Source: Chiloscyllium plagiosum (Eukaryota). Taken from it: a DNA stretch of 50,782 bases. The stretch's first letter is position 1; every line of letters starts with the position of its first letter. Shown here piece after piece: positions 12,516 through 24,409 of this stretch. The notes below the pieces were generated by a model that did no database searches, was not told the origin of the DNA, and saw nothing but the letters and a program-made list of their open reading frames with translations. A program made the translations under genes and the position numbers. Where the stretch lies: positions 67,482,588-67,533,369 of the forward strand of contig NC_057718.1 in NCBI RefSeq assembly GCF_004010195.1, written 5' to 3'.

Positions 12516-13225
12516 CTAAGTCAAGTGAAGCTGCATCATCTGTGAGGCTAGCCTTCTCTTTTTTTTCACTGACAAGTGTGTTTATGTCTTCAGTGTATGA
12601 AATGAAAAGGACAGGGTTTTGCATTTATTATGAAAGGAGAGCAAAGAGAGGATGGATGAAATTATTTCAGCGTGTCAGTTGTGTGTATAGATGAGACAGC
12701 AGTACTAAGAGAAAAGAATATATGATGTGAGGCAGTCTATGGGAGCATTGTGAGTAATCCAGTTAGAGATGGTGGATGTTTGAATAGGGGCAGGAGAACA
12801 GTATTGTCACCTTGACAACTCTGATGAGATAATTTAGCTTTTTCTAATGTTGGAACCATGTCCTGTTATATGCTTTCTCAGCTGCCTCAATGGTGATGAT
12901 GTTGTTTTTGCCTCCTAATTACTGCCTGGGTCAAGACAACATCAGAAAACCTCTGCACATCTAGCAGCCATTTTCTTCTGTTCCTTTCCTTCCTCCTGTA
13001 GCCAGAAAGCATCTCCCATTGTTAAAATATCATATCTGCATTTAAGTGGCATCAGGGAAATCCAATCTTTCCCTCTGAACAGCAATGCAGCTAATGAATA
13101 GTTTCAGTGGTGCAGGTTCTGAGCTTGAGTGCTGATAATGAGTAGGCATCACATATATTAGATGTTGTCTACAAACACATGTACTTTTCTAAGCCAATGA
13201 AGTGTCAACCAAAGTTACATACTCA

Positions 13226-13570
13226 AATCATAGAATCCTTACAGTGTGAAAGCAGGCCATTTGTCCATTGAGTCCACACCGACCCTCTGGAGAGCATCAC
13301 ACCCAGACAAGTCCCAGTAATCTATCCCTGTAACCCTGCATTTCCCAAAACTAATCCACCTAGCCTGCAAATCTCTGGACACTATGGGCAATTTAGCATG
13401 GCCAATCCAACTAACCTGCACATCTTTGAACTGTAGGAGGAAACCAGAGCCCCCGGAAGAAACACCTACAGACATGGGGAGAATGTGCAAGCTCCATACA
13501 GACAATCACCTGAGGGTGGAATCAAACCTGAGACCCTGTGAAGTAGCATAAATATTGAGCCACTGTGATG
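13226..13570 (-). mobile_element. HE1 SINE
   Basis: Same body and tail as other HE1 copies; head degenerate. Confidence 0.9.
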
Positions 13571-14539
13571 CACAGAATTTATTTGGAAACCAACGACAAT
13601 CTGGCACAAAGGATAAATGCTATCACTAAGCTATGGCTGGCACTCAATGAATCAGAAATATTTTCATTGTATATGTTTGTGCAATAGCATAAGTGCATTT
13701 TGAGGTTTAACGATGATTTTTTTTTAAAGAAACTATTAACTAATATCATAAATTTTCATTGACAAGGGTGAGTCACACCATTGTTGAGGGAATCTGAACT
13801 TCAGTATCATAAAATTTACAATGAAACACATTCAAAATTGGCTTTAAGCTCTTCATGTAACATTAAATATACTTTATACTTATTGTTATACTATTACTTA
13901 TTGTTTAATCATATTTCTTTGCAATTTGCTTTCGGAACTCATTGTTTTGAAGACCACTCCTAGCAATAAAAGAATATAAGTTAAGGAAAGTACTCTCTTA
14001 ACTAAGAATTATGAGGATTTAAGAACCATTGTGATCCTTTGTTTAAAGATTTTGCCTATTCAGATAGACCATTTCAAACCGATCCGAACTGCAAATTTTA
14101 CATTACTACTCAGATATTATCAAAGCCAATTTATAAGTCAAATGTGTGATATAAGAGGCTAAGACATTAAGTGAGCTTATTAAAACAAATGAAATAGGTA
14201 GTGATGAAATTTAATGAAAAGGAAATAAATGGAAATCAGAGACACAGGTGCACTTAGAAATAATTCTTTCTTATCCAAGCATCCCAGGAATTCTCAACAC
14301 TCTTAATATAATGTGCATTAGCTTACACACTATTTGAGAAGTAGTTATTAAAGCTACAATGCTGTTTCATGTGATATTTTTAAAATGCAAGAAAACACTT
14401 TTTTGAGATGCAACAGTTCTACGTACAGTGGTGGTTAATAGGATATCTGTGTTACACTTCAGATTTACTCAACACTTTCATCAAGCAGCTATTTGAATAG
14501 ATTTGGTTTATGGACTATTAACCTCGAAATTTGAAACTT

Positions 14540-15030
14540 CACAATCTGAACAGGAATGGTCCATCCAGTCCCTTGAGCCTGTTCCACTATTCAATTAGAC
14601 GGTGGCTAATCATTACCTTAACTTTAGTCTTGGTTCCACAACAGGCATGCGAACAATAAATTATCAATTTCAGTTTTGAAATTTTCAAATGACCTAGTCT
14701 CAACAATATTTTGGGAGAGAGATTTTAGATTATCATTACTTTGCCCTTGAATAGCCAAGCTATAGTATTACAGATTTAAGCCTTTGTTCCAGACTCTTGC
14801 ACGAGAAGGAATGACTTCATTTTATTTACCCTATCAAATCCCTCAAATTACTTGAAGCAAGATTAGTTCCTCCTCTAATTATTTCTACCCTAGCGAATAC
14901 AAGTTTAGTCTTAGTAAACTTTTCTGTTGAATTAACCCTTTACAACCCAATATCATTCTAGTGATATTGGGCTGCACTCCCTCCAAAGCCAGTGCATTTT
15001 TTTCTTATCTGCAGTGCCCAGATAAATGCA
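14540..15030 (-). mobile_element. Old CR1 3' fragment
   Basis: 'ccatccagtcccttgagcctgttccactattcaattag' is the reverse complement of a CR1 3' UTR; 'tcattctagtgatattgggctgcactccctccaaagcc' is antisense LEGVQxxFTRM. Confidence 0.7.
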
Positions 15031-16871
15031 AGCACAGCCAGCAACAGCTCATTTCGAACATTTATTATGTTTTATTTTCTTTGATTAGTTTGGGGATCTT
15101 GACAATAGAAAAAGAAAAAGCTATGGAGAAAAGTTAATAGATACCTATAAAATAATGAAAGGTTTTGGGCAGGGTAGAGAAGGCAGAATGAATTTTGTAC
15201 AGGCAGCAGAAGCCAGGAATAGAAAGCAACCCTATTTGGTTCATTGGCAGGACCTGGGAAGATGCTGGCAGCCAAAACCAATAAAGTAGCAGCCCCTTGC
15301 AGGCCACCATCCAATTAAAATTGTTGACTGACCACCAAGAAGTGCTCACCCAATTACAGGGCCAGCAAATCCACAGCCTCAGTAGTGCCACCAGTTGCAA
15401 GGCCAGCTGAGGTTACAGCTGCAGAAAGCGAACATCTCTATGGCCAGGCACTCAGAAGAAAGTTGAGTTTCAAACACTGGGGACAGGCAAGGAAGTCATG
15501 TTGCTCAGGGGTGCAATAAGGCACAGGATGTACCATGTCTGCAAAATGGTTTCGCTTATATTTTGAATAAATATGTATCAAGAGACATTTTAACCGTGAG
15601 TGAAACCAGGCTGTTTTGCCACCTGTTATCAAATCATTCTTTGATATCCAAAACTGAAACATGCAATGGGAAATAGTGAAGTAAGGAAGGGGACACTGCT
15701 ATGCCAACACGGATAGATTCAAAAACCTTCAGTATCTTGCGCCAGGAAAGTCTAAGAACCACGTTGCTTCACCAGTACCAAGACAAGCAGAATGAGGCTA
15801 ACAAAACTACCTGGATGACATCCAACATTTTGAGTAACAGATCAGGAAACTATTCACAATGTATCAACAAAAGGAAGATGATCATCCTGATGGAGGTAAA
15901 GAGTCCAATGTATACCCCTACACACCTACCTGTTTCCCTAACTGAGGCTGTAAAGGCTGTTGAAATGCCCTGGGATTTCACACTGCAGCATGAAGAAACA
16001 GGAAACATGTTTAACTGCACTGTCAAAACAGTGAACTCATCCAAGAACAGCACGCTAAATAGAAAAAAAGTATTGAGTTTTCCCAGAATTATCTCCCAAC
16101 ATTTTGCAATACCTTTTACTGCACAAGGGCAAGCCGTTGTAAGATATAAACAAATTGAAAAATATAACCATTTTTCACATGCTTACTGTGCTTTCATTTG
16201 GTTTTGTTTTATCATAAAACACATTTGTAGGCAAATGGGGCTTCCTCAGTTATGTTGAAGCTCCGTTTAATACAAATTTGTGGATGGTCCCCCTGCCTCC
16301 CATCACAGTTTTACTGTATCGACTTCAAATCCATATTTACCCATTTCTTTTTTTTATTGTTTTGAAGTAACGTTTCTGCCATATTTTATCTCTCTTCAAG
16401 CCATGAAAGTTATTCTGGATCCCTTTGTAATTCCTCACAGTAATCAGGCCTAAGCACTCATAGTTTATCACGAATTGCGAAACTTTTTGACTCCAAAGTG
16501 TTTTTAACATCTGTTCTACCTGGGTGAAAATGTTTCTCCATGATTCAATCCACAAGGGCATTCATGATGCAGTCGCTGAAGCATTCCTTTCAAATTTAAC
16601 ATTGAACTGTTACTATAAAGCTTTGCATGCTTAACAACTGGATTAATGAACCATTCATCATTTATATTGGTTAAGTGGCTCATGAACTGCTTGAGTAATA
16701 TAAAATTAGGATTATTACAGGTGTATCATATTCAGCATATTCTTTTCTTCCTTTTAATAAGGGTAGATTGCAATAAGTTGGACACTACTTCTCTTACCAG
16801 CCACTGTAAGTGATAGTCCAGATAAAATTTGGTATGAGAGGAGGCGATGACCTAGACTGTTAATCCAGGGA

Positions 16872-16995
16872 GAAAGTGAGGACTGCAGATGCTGGAGATC
16901 AGAGCTGAAAATGTGTTGCTGGAAAAGCGCAGCAGGTCAGGCAGCATCCAAGGAACAGAGAATCGACGTTTCGGGCATAAGCCCTTCTTCAGGAA
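16872..16995 (-). mobile_element. PLE family A mini-insertion
   Basis: Perfect 14-bp TSD tgttaatccaggga at 16858-16871 and 16996-17009. Confidence 0.92.
16961..16995 (-). ncRNA. Minimal type I hammerhead ribozyme motif (family A)
   Basis: Minus strand: CUGAAGA-A-GGGC-UUAU-GCCC-GAAA-C-GUC. Intact core and stem II; palindromic ACGU stem III as in PLE minimal hammerheads. Confidence 0.7.
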
Positions 16996-17680
16996 TGTTA
17001 ATCCAGGGACCCAGGTAATGTTCAATTGCATTCAATTTTTTTTTAAATCTGAAATTAAATGTCTAATGTTGACCATGAAACCATTGTCAATTGTCAGAAA
17101 ACACTCAGCTGTTTCACTCATGTCATTTAGGAAAGGAAACTGCCTTCCTTGCCTGGTTGGCTTGCATGTGACACTAGACACACAGCAATGTTGTTGTCAC
17201 GCATCTGCATTCTGGGCTATTAAGATGAGCAATGAATGCTGGCCTAGCCGATAACACCCACATACTGCAGATGAACAAAAAAAAACTTGATGTTTCCTTT
17301 TTAAAAGACAATGTCATAGATTCTAGCATGTAGGAGTGTGAATAGTGAAAAGGACGCAGGCAGGAAAATTAGGTAAATTTTTATTTGAAATATACTGGCT
17401 GAAAGATCAGCATCTACTAAAGGATTGCAGGAGTACCTCAAGGGGGGATGGAGAGGCAGGAGTGGAATCATTGACACCTTAGGGGCTTCAATACAATTGG
17501 CATTACCTGAGCATCAGGGCACTGGACCAGACTACAAGCAACATCACCTGGACAACAGGAAGAGCGCACCTGAAAATGGACATGCTGCTATACACACACA
17601 GGCCACTGGGACATTACAGTGGCAATAGGCTTCATGAGGACTGGTGCCAGGGCATCAGGAGTACACAGCCAGAGCCACAG

Positions 17681-18172
17681 AGGAGAAGGAGAGAATACCC
17701 AGAGCACAGGATAGACCCGAACCGGCAATGCTACATGGGCTTGTCAGAAAGACATTGCTGAGGGAGATTGAAATGCTTCAGAGTGATGATCACAGATATC
17801 AGTTTCTCATCATTGAGGAAGTTACATCCCACTCCATTGCATTCCTGATGATAGATTTATGCCTGAAACATTAGTTCTCCTGCTCCTCGGACGCTGCCTG
17901 ACCTGCTATGCATTTCCAGCACCACACTCTCGACCCAGCTAGTAGTTGTCAGGGCAAACGTAACCTTTTATTTCTTTATCTCTGTGTCATTTCAGGATCA
18001 TGTTGATTTTTGCCATTTCAGACTCACCTGCATAGAACTGCATCACAATGGCCACATATGTCTTCTTCACTAACACAAGTGACCCTCATCAGATTCTTTA
18101 CTGGTGGGGTTTCGAGGCTACAAGAGCACTGCATTTGCTCTGACTACTGGATTCCCATTTGTGAAAGTTGGA
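17681..18172 (+). pseudogene. PIF/Harbinger transposase (HARBI1-like) N-terminal fossil
   Basis: RRRREYPEHRI...YMGLSERHC*GRLKCFRVMITDIS; after the PLE insert VVVRANVTFYFFISVSFQ, AISDSPA*NCITMATYVFF and AFALTTGFPFV. Collinear with Harbinger RxRLSRxxVxxIC...ALxFFAxGSFQ...ISQxxxxRCI...FxxxAGFPxV. Confidence 0.7.
17841..17934 (+). mobile_element. PLE family A mini-insertion
   Basis: attcCTGATGA...GAAAcatt...ctgctcctcggacgctgcctgacctgct...ccagcaccacactctcgac. Confidence 0.85.
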
Positions 18173-18881
18173 ACGACATCCTTTGGGAGGAGTCCTCTGT
18201 ATCTATCAGGGGCACCACACTCTCCAAAATCATACACAGGTTTGTGTGCACCCCAACCTGGACCTTTCAAACCTAATCCTTCATCCCAAGTCCTATCCCC
18301 TCTCTAGAATCTCCAATTACTCTCTGACCAAAATGCCTGGCATTATCCTGGACCTTCTTTCTCAGGACTCCCTTGTAGTCCCGGCAGTGGCCATTATTCG
18401 GTTCTGGTGCTATTGAGACTATTCAGATTGCCAAGCAATCGGCTCATTTGACTGATTGGCTGGTTTGAGGTCCAGGGTGATGCCAATGACATGATGTTAA
18501 TCCCCTTGCTGACTGAAGTGACCATGAAAGTCTTGCCTGAGGCATGGTGACCATGGTTAAACGTAACGAGAGACATCAAATTATGGTCCAAATGGACGTC
18601 ACTGACTTTGACCTTTGAGGGCAGAACTTGCTGTCCTGAGGGATGGAAGATCTACTCTCACTTTGTTAAGACTACCTCCGTCCCCTTCCAAATTTCACCT
18701 GACATTTCTACCAACACCAAGTAATGCCCCACTCGTCCCAACTCCATACCTTCCCTTAATATTCACCATAATATTTCTAATGGCTATTTCACCATTTTAT
18801 TTAAAACTCCAGAAGCTTTATGGTGTGCATGAAACAACAAATAAACTGTAATGGACTGGTCAGTACTACTTTGACACTACT

Positions 18882-19122
18882 TTAGATTAGGTTCCCTACA
18901 GTGTGGAAACAGACCCTTCGGCCCAACCAGTCCACACCGATCCTCCGAAGAGTAACCCACCCAGACCCATTTCCCTCTGACTGATGCACCTAACACTACG
19001 GGCAATTTAGCATGGCCAATTCACCTGACCTGCACATCTTTGGATTGTGGGAGGAAACCGGAGCACCCAGAGGAAACCCACGCAGACACGGGGAGAATGT
19101 GCAAACTCCACACGGACAGTTG
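18882..19122 (-). mobile_element. HE1 SINE, 5'-truncated
   Basis: Near-consensus body and tail; tRNA head missing. Confidence 0.92.
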
Positions 19123-19630
19123 CAACTCTTATGTTAATTTTTAAAATGGAAATTAATTGAATTCATAGAAAACATGCACAGCAATTTTCATAAGTCTCAC
19201 TTATTAGTCTTTCTTTTAAAATTCTACGGATTATTTAGATTGTCCTGGCAGAGCCAATAGGGATTCTTTCAAGTGCCACTAGCCATTTATTACCCTGAAA
19301 AATGGATAGCCAGCAAAGAAAAGAAAATCTCTTTCCTAGTTCCAGTTCAACTCAGGATAATTGAAAATTTAAAAGAAACACAGAATCACAGAGTTCTGAT
19401 GGTTCAGAAGAATGCCATTTTGATCCATTGTGTTGGCAAGGTTCTCATGCTGAGAGCTGAAGAGTCAAGTTGACATCCACACTAGGCAACCTCTAAGAAT
19501 AGAAGCTCAGAAAGTCTGATGGCCAGCTAGTTGTTTCTGCAGGGTAGATTGGAGATGAAGCGACCCCAACACAGATTGGGTGGGAAATTGAAATTTCCTC
19601 AAAGTAATTATCCAACAACTGAATGGATAA

Positions 19631-20284
19631 TTGAAAAATTGATTGTCTGTTAAGCCTTTCATCTGTTAGAATACAGTGAAGGACTGAAGCTCTGAAGGAT
19701 TGGATCCAAAGTTCTGATCAGTGTGTTTAATTCTCGGGTGTGTTCTTTGGTCGGATCAGCTGGTAGTTGCCTGTAGTGTTCCTGGTTGTTCAGTTGTCGG
19801 TACACTTCCTTACAGTAATCTGTTCTATTTGCTCAAAAACTGCATACATTCATGTAGAACTCTGAGCTCAAAAACTGCATGAATTTATGTAAAAACTCTG
19901 TGATCTCACTTTTTAGATTAGAATCAATCTAAACATCAGATCATAGACAGAGAACACAGGGAGCTAACACCTTCAACATATTGTTTAGCTATCACCATTG
20001 TTAACAGCTAACCCGAGAATGCAACTTTAAAAAAAAAGGGTTTTGTGATTTACACATGAAAGAAGTGAAACTATCACTGTATTCTAACAGATGAAAGGCT
20101 TAACAGACAATCAATTCTTCAATGTATAATTTCAGTTACATCACACCGCAAATTTTTGCTATAGATTCTGTGTTACGATCGAGCCCTCCACAATCACCCT
20201 GATGAAGGAGCGTCGCTCCGAAAGCTAGTGTGCTTCCAATCAAACCTGTTGGACTATAACCTGGTGTTGTGTGATTTTCACTTC
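19631..20284. mobile_element. PLE family B rearranged insertion (inverted UTR piece + inverted ORF piece + forward 3' UTR with hammerhead)
   Basis: 19631-19679 is the reverse complement of 20074-20122 (1 mismatch in 49). The minus strand of about 19690-19827 encodes RTDYCKEVYRQLNNQEHYRQLPADPTKEHTRELN (PLE pre-RT region). Core CTGATGA at 20199. Confidence 0.85.
20195..20231 (+). ncRNA. Minimal hammerhead ribozyme motif (family B)
   Basis: CUGAUGA-A-GGAGC-GUC-GCUCC-GAAA-GC-UA-GUG; perfect 5-bp stem II, palindromic AGCU stem III, short CAC/GUG stem I (one extra C in this copy). Confidence 0.72.
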
Positions 20285-20523
20285 CTGAAGGCTGACTTGC
20301 AGAGTTTACCTTTCCTCCTTGATGAGCCAAGTTTCAAAAGACTGCTGCTTTATTTATCTCACTCTATAGACTGGCATGTAATCCAGTTACTGATCGACAA
20401 CCTCTATCCCTGTTCACCTACTTGAATCCAGGCTCACCTCTTAATTCAGGCCCAGACTGAATGTTCAGTAATACAAAGCTGGTGAGGTTCAACTTCTGAG
20501 TAACCATTGGTTGCTTCTTATCG

Positions 20524-20539
20524 NNNNNNNNNNNNNNNN
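20524..20539. other. Assembly gap (N run)
   Basis: 16 N. Confidence 0.99.
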
Positions 20540-20638
20540 AGCTAGTGTGCTTCCAATTAAACCTGTTGGACTATAACCTGGTGTTGTGTGATTTTTAACT
20601 TTGTACACCCCAGTCCAACACAGGCATCTCCAAATCAT
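20540..20638 (+). mobile_element. PLE family B 3' terminus abutting the gap
   Basis: agctagtgtgcttccaattaaacctgttggactataacc...ccccagtccaacacaggcatctccaaatcat. Confidence 0.88.
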
Positions 20639-20659
20639 CAGGAACTATTAAAAGTGGCT

Positions 20660-21147
20660 AACATTTCTGTCTCAGGCTTGCTGCAGTGCTCCAGCAAAGC
20701 TCAGTGCAAACTGGAGGAACAGCATTTCATTTTCTGCATGGGGACTCTGCAACTTTCAAGTCTTAATATTGAGTAAAAAAATTTTCTTCCATGTCCTTGC
20801 CCTAACCTCTACACATCAAGCCTTGTCATCACATAGACTGTTACCACAACCATCCCATTGTCAGCTGCGAATGGTTCCCATTAGCAACTATTCATTCCCC
20901 CTTGGCTGACTTTTATCTATTCTTTCATCTGTCCAACTGCTGTTCTTTCTCTCTCCAGGCTTCATCTCAACCTTTTGTTTATTGCTCCTTGCTCTGACCC
21001 ACCCAGCCCACCTTCGGTATATATACCAACCTTATCCCAACTACAACCAGTTTTGAAGAAGGGTCACTGGACCAAAAGGTTAATTCTGCTTTCTCTCTAC
21101 AGATGCTGCCAGATCTGTTGAGTTTTCCCAGCAATTTCTGCTTTTGA
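20660..21147 (+). mobile_element. Older PLE (family C): GIY-YIG C-terminus and 3' UTR with decayed hammerhead
   Basis: ISVSGLLQCSSKAQCKLEEQHFIFCMGTLQLSSLNIE; ttgaagaagggtcactggaccaaaaggttaa...cagatgctgccagatctgttgagttt. Confidence 0.8.
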
Positions 21148-21179
21148 ATCTAACAAAGTTATGAACACTATCTAAAAAA

Positions 21180-22400
21180 TGCTCCCCCACTGATACTTCA
21201 ACCATTTCCCAAGCTTTGTGACCTAAAATATATTCCAGACCATCCTCCCACTTGTAGGCCTTCTACCTCCTGGCTTAAAAAGCTCTCCTGGAGGCATTTT
21301 AAAGATTCTGCTCTTTCCAAAGCTTTCACACTATCCCTATCCCAGTTAAGACTGGGGAAATTGAAAGCCCCATGATCACTGCCCTATTACCTTAACGCTT
21401 GTCTGAAATTTGCCTATTTATCTATTCTTCTATTTGCCTTGGGCTTTTAGGGGTCTATAGTACACTCTCAGAAATGTGATTGCTCCTTTTTAGTGTTTAA
21501 GTACTACAGATATGGCTTTATTTGAGGAGTCTTCAAAGAAGTCATCCCTCCTTACTGCTGAAATAGATTCCCTGATCAAAATTGTGATACCTCTCCCTCT
21601 TTTCACTTCCTTCCCAGTCTTGCCTGAAGACCCTGTATCCTGGAATATTGAGCTGCAAGTCCTACCTCTTTCTCAACCATGTCTCAGTAACAATGACATC
21701 ATACCCCAGGTTTTAATTTCAGCCCTCAACTCATCTGCCTTGCTCGACAGACAACTTGTATTAAAATAAATACTATCTCTTTTTCTACCTATGTCATTGG
21801 TACCAATATGCATCATCATCTCTGTCTGTTTTCTGTCCCCGATCAAAATGCCGTGCAGCAGTCAATGATATCCCTGACTCTGAAATGAGGGAGGCAACAT
21901 TGCATCCTGAAGTTTCTTTTATGACTGCAGAAACCTCTGTCTGTTCCCCTTCCAATTGAATCCCCTAACATTATAGATCTGCTGTTCTTCTTCCTTCCTT
22001 CTTGTGCTGCAGACTCACACGTTGTGCTATAAGATTGGGTCCGCTGCACAGTCATCTCTCCCAGCAGTATCCAAAATGGTGTATCTGTTAGAAAGGGGAA
22101 TGGCCACAGGGGATTCCCACACTACCTAGTACCTTCCTGGTAGTCACCTATTCCATTTCTGCCTGTTCAGTCTGCACCTGTGGTATGACCAGCTCACTGA
22201 ATACACAATCCACAACATGCTGAGTATCACAGATGCTCCACAATGAATTCACTCACCGCCCCAGCTTCAAAATGTGATTGGCTGCAGCTGGATGCGCTTC
22301 CTACAAATGCGGTCACCAGGGACAACTCAAACTTCCATGATATTCCAGAGAACACAGGAAGAACGTATCATACGTGTAAGCTCTGCTGCTATCACTTCCC
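21180..22400 (-). mobile_element. CR1 5' region: ORF1 (zinc finger + SGNH esterase) and APE fragment
   Basis: Minus strand: SSCVLWNI...GDRICRK (zinc finger), LGDSIGRGTDRGFC...RMQCCLP (esterase), VTETWL...LNIPGYRVFR, VIMGLSISPV-like GDFN region. Confidence 0.85.
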
Positions 22401-22645
22401 TTAAAAAGTTAACTATGCTTATATAAGAGTACATTAAAATTCTTTGCTTTTCATTAAATTTACTTCACTTTGCTTACTTATATTACCTTGTTATTGACAG
22501 ACTTTCACTTACTTCTGTTGTTTCTTAGTTAATCCTTTCTTCTAAAAAATAATCAAGATGGGGTGGCATGGAGTAGATGATGAAATGATTGAGAGTGGGA
22601 GATGCAATTGGGACCAGGTGAAGTAAATGACTGAGGGGTATTTTT

Positions 22646-22739
22646 TGGCGCTGTGAGGCAGTAGTGCTGACCCCTGAGCCACTGTGCCGCCCTTTGGTGC
22701 GCTTTATTTTTTCACTCTCTCAAAACTAGGAAAGTGGTT
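22646..22739. repeat. 94-bp direct copy of 24045-24138 (SINE head plus flank)
   Basis: 4 mismatches in 94 bp; includes non-SINE flank 'tttggtg.gctttattttttc.ctctctcaaaactaggaaagtggtt'. Confidence 0.92.
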
Positions 22740-23436
22740 TTATAATCAAGAACAAATCAACCAACCATTTCCTTATGATGTTCCTGTTTAATTTATTTTC
22801 CCAATAGGTAGACCTGTGTTAAACTGGGACTCCTCTCTCGCTACTGCACCCCATCCCCATGCAGCAAACAATCGTGGGCCCCAAAATATCCTCTTGCTGT
22901 GTCCTGTCTCTCTGCTGAGTTCAATCATTGCTGGTCCTGATTAAGGACATTTGAACCCAGATCGTGTGTTAAAACCCAACCCTATTTCCCACTCATTAAA
23001 CATTTCGTGCAGTCCTAATTCCATCAACCAATGCCTGACTATATCCTTCACCAAAAAATACCCCTCAGTCATTTACTTCACCTGGTCCCAATTGCATCTC
23101 CCACTCTCAATCACTTCATCACCTACTCCATGCCACCCCATCCTGATAGCTTCACCTTAGTTCTGATTCTATCTTGCATCCTTAGTTTCCTTCATTTTTG
23201 CTTGAACTTTAGCAATCCATTACCAGATCCCTTCAACCAAGTGGTAAGTGCAAAGTGTTGTCATGTAGGTTAATGTATATACCATGCAGTACCGACTCCC
23301 ATACCTCATCCTTAGGAAGTACCATATAGGGAAATGCTGTCTGCCCTCTTAAATAAACAGAATGGTGGGACTGACGGAGCTAAGACTGAAAAGCTGTAAT
23401 CTGGAGGCTTTAATTAACTGAATAGATAGGTCATGA

Positions 23437-23762
23437 GATTAGATAAGATTAGATTACTTACAGTGTGGAAACAGGGCCTTCGGCCCAACAAGTCCACACC
23501 GACCCACCAAGGCGCACCCATCCAGACCCATTCCCCTACATTTATCCCTGCACCTAACACTACGGGCAATTTAGCATGGCAAATTCACCTAACCTGCACA
23601 TTTTTGGACTGTGGGAGAAAACCAGAGCACCCGGAGGAAACCCACGCAGACACGGGGAGAACGTGCAAACTCCACACAGTCAGTCGCCTGAGGCGGGAAT
23701 TGAACCCGGGTTTCTAGCGCTGTGAGGCAGCAGTGGTAACCACTGTGCCACCGTGCCGCCCT
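23437..23762 (-). mobile_element. HE1 SINE, full length (first of tandem pair)
   Basis: Minus head gggcggcacggtggcacagtgg...ggttcaattcc; (tctaa)n tail. Confidence 0.93.
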
Positions 23763-23764
23763 CA

Positions 23765-24091
23765 TTAGATTAGACTCTACTACAGTGTGAAAACAGGCCC
23801 TTCGGCCCAACAAGTCAACACCAACCTTCCAAAGAGTAACCAACCCAGACCCATTCCCCATATTTACCCATGGCCAATGCACCTAACACTATGGGCAATT
23901 TAGCACAGCCAATTCACCTGACCTGCACATCTTTGTGACCGTGGGAGGAAACTGGAGCACCCAGAGGAAACCCACACAGACACGGGGAGAGCGCGCAAGC
24001 TCCACACAGACAGTCACCCGAGGCTGGAATCGAACCTGGGTCCCTGGCGCTGTGAGGCAGTAGTGCTAACCCCTGAGCCACTGTGCCACCC
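23765..24091 (-). mobile_element. HE1 SINE, full length (second of tandem pair)
   Basis: Minus head gggtggcacagtggctcagggg...ggttcgattcc; full body and tail. Confidence 0.93.
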
Positions 24092-24164
24092 TTTGGTGAG
24101 CTTTATTTTTTCTCTCTCTCAAAACTAGGAAAGTGGTTCAAACTTGGGATTGGGGAGATATAAG

Positions 24165-24335
24165 TTGTTCATTCAATAGCTCCTTCATTGTTGCTGGCTC
24201 AAAATCCTGGAACTCTCTTCCTAATCAGTGCTATGATTCAAAGGGTGGTTCATCATCACCTTCCCAAAGGTGATTAGGGATTGGCAATGTTTGTTGCCTT
24301 AGCCAGCAGAGTTCAAATTCTGCAAAAATGAATAA
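24165..24335 (+). mobile_element. 3' end of a LINE sharing its tail with the SacSINE1/Deu-like SINE
   Basis: gctggctcaaaatcctggaactctcttcc (SWNSLP)...catcaccttcccaaaggtgattagggattggcaat...gccttagccagc...aatgaataa. Confidence 0.65.
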
Positions 24336-24409
24336 GACAGAGGTTTATTGGATTATATTTCTAAACTTCGAGCCAAATTATTTTATCAAAACAAAATAAC
24401 AATGTCAGA

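Larger units (their letters stand above)
16839..17286 (+). mobile_element. tRNA-derived SINE (SacSINE1/Deu-like), interrupted by a PLE
   Basis: Starts ggaggcgatgacctag; body gaccatgaaaccattgtcaattgtc...aggaaaggaaactgcc; tail aatgctggcctagcc...cccacat...atgaa followed by an A-run. Confidence 0.78.
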
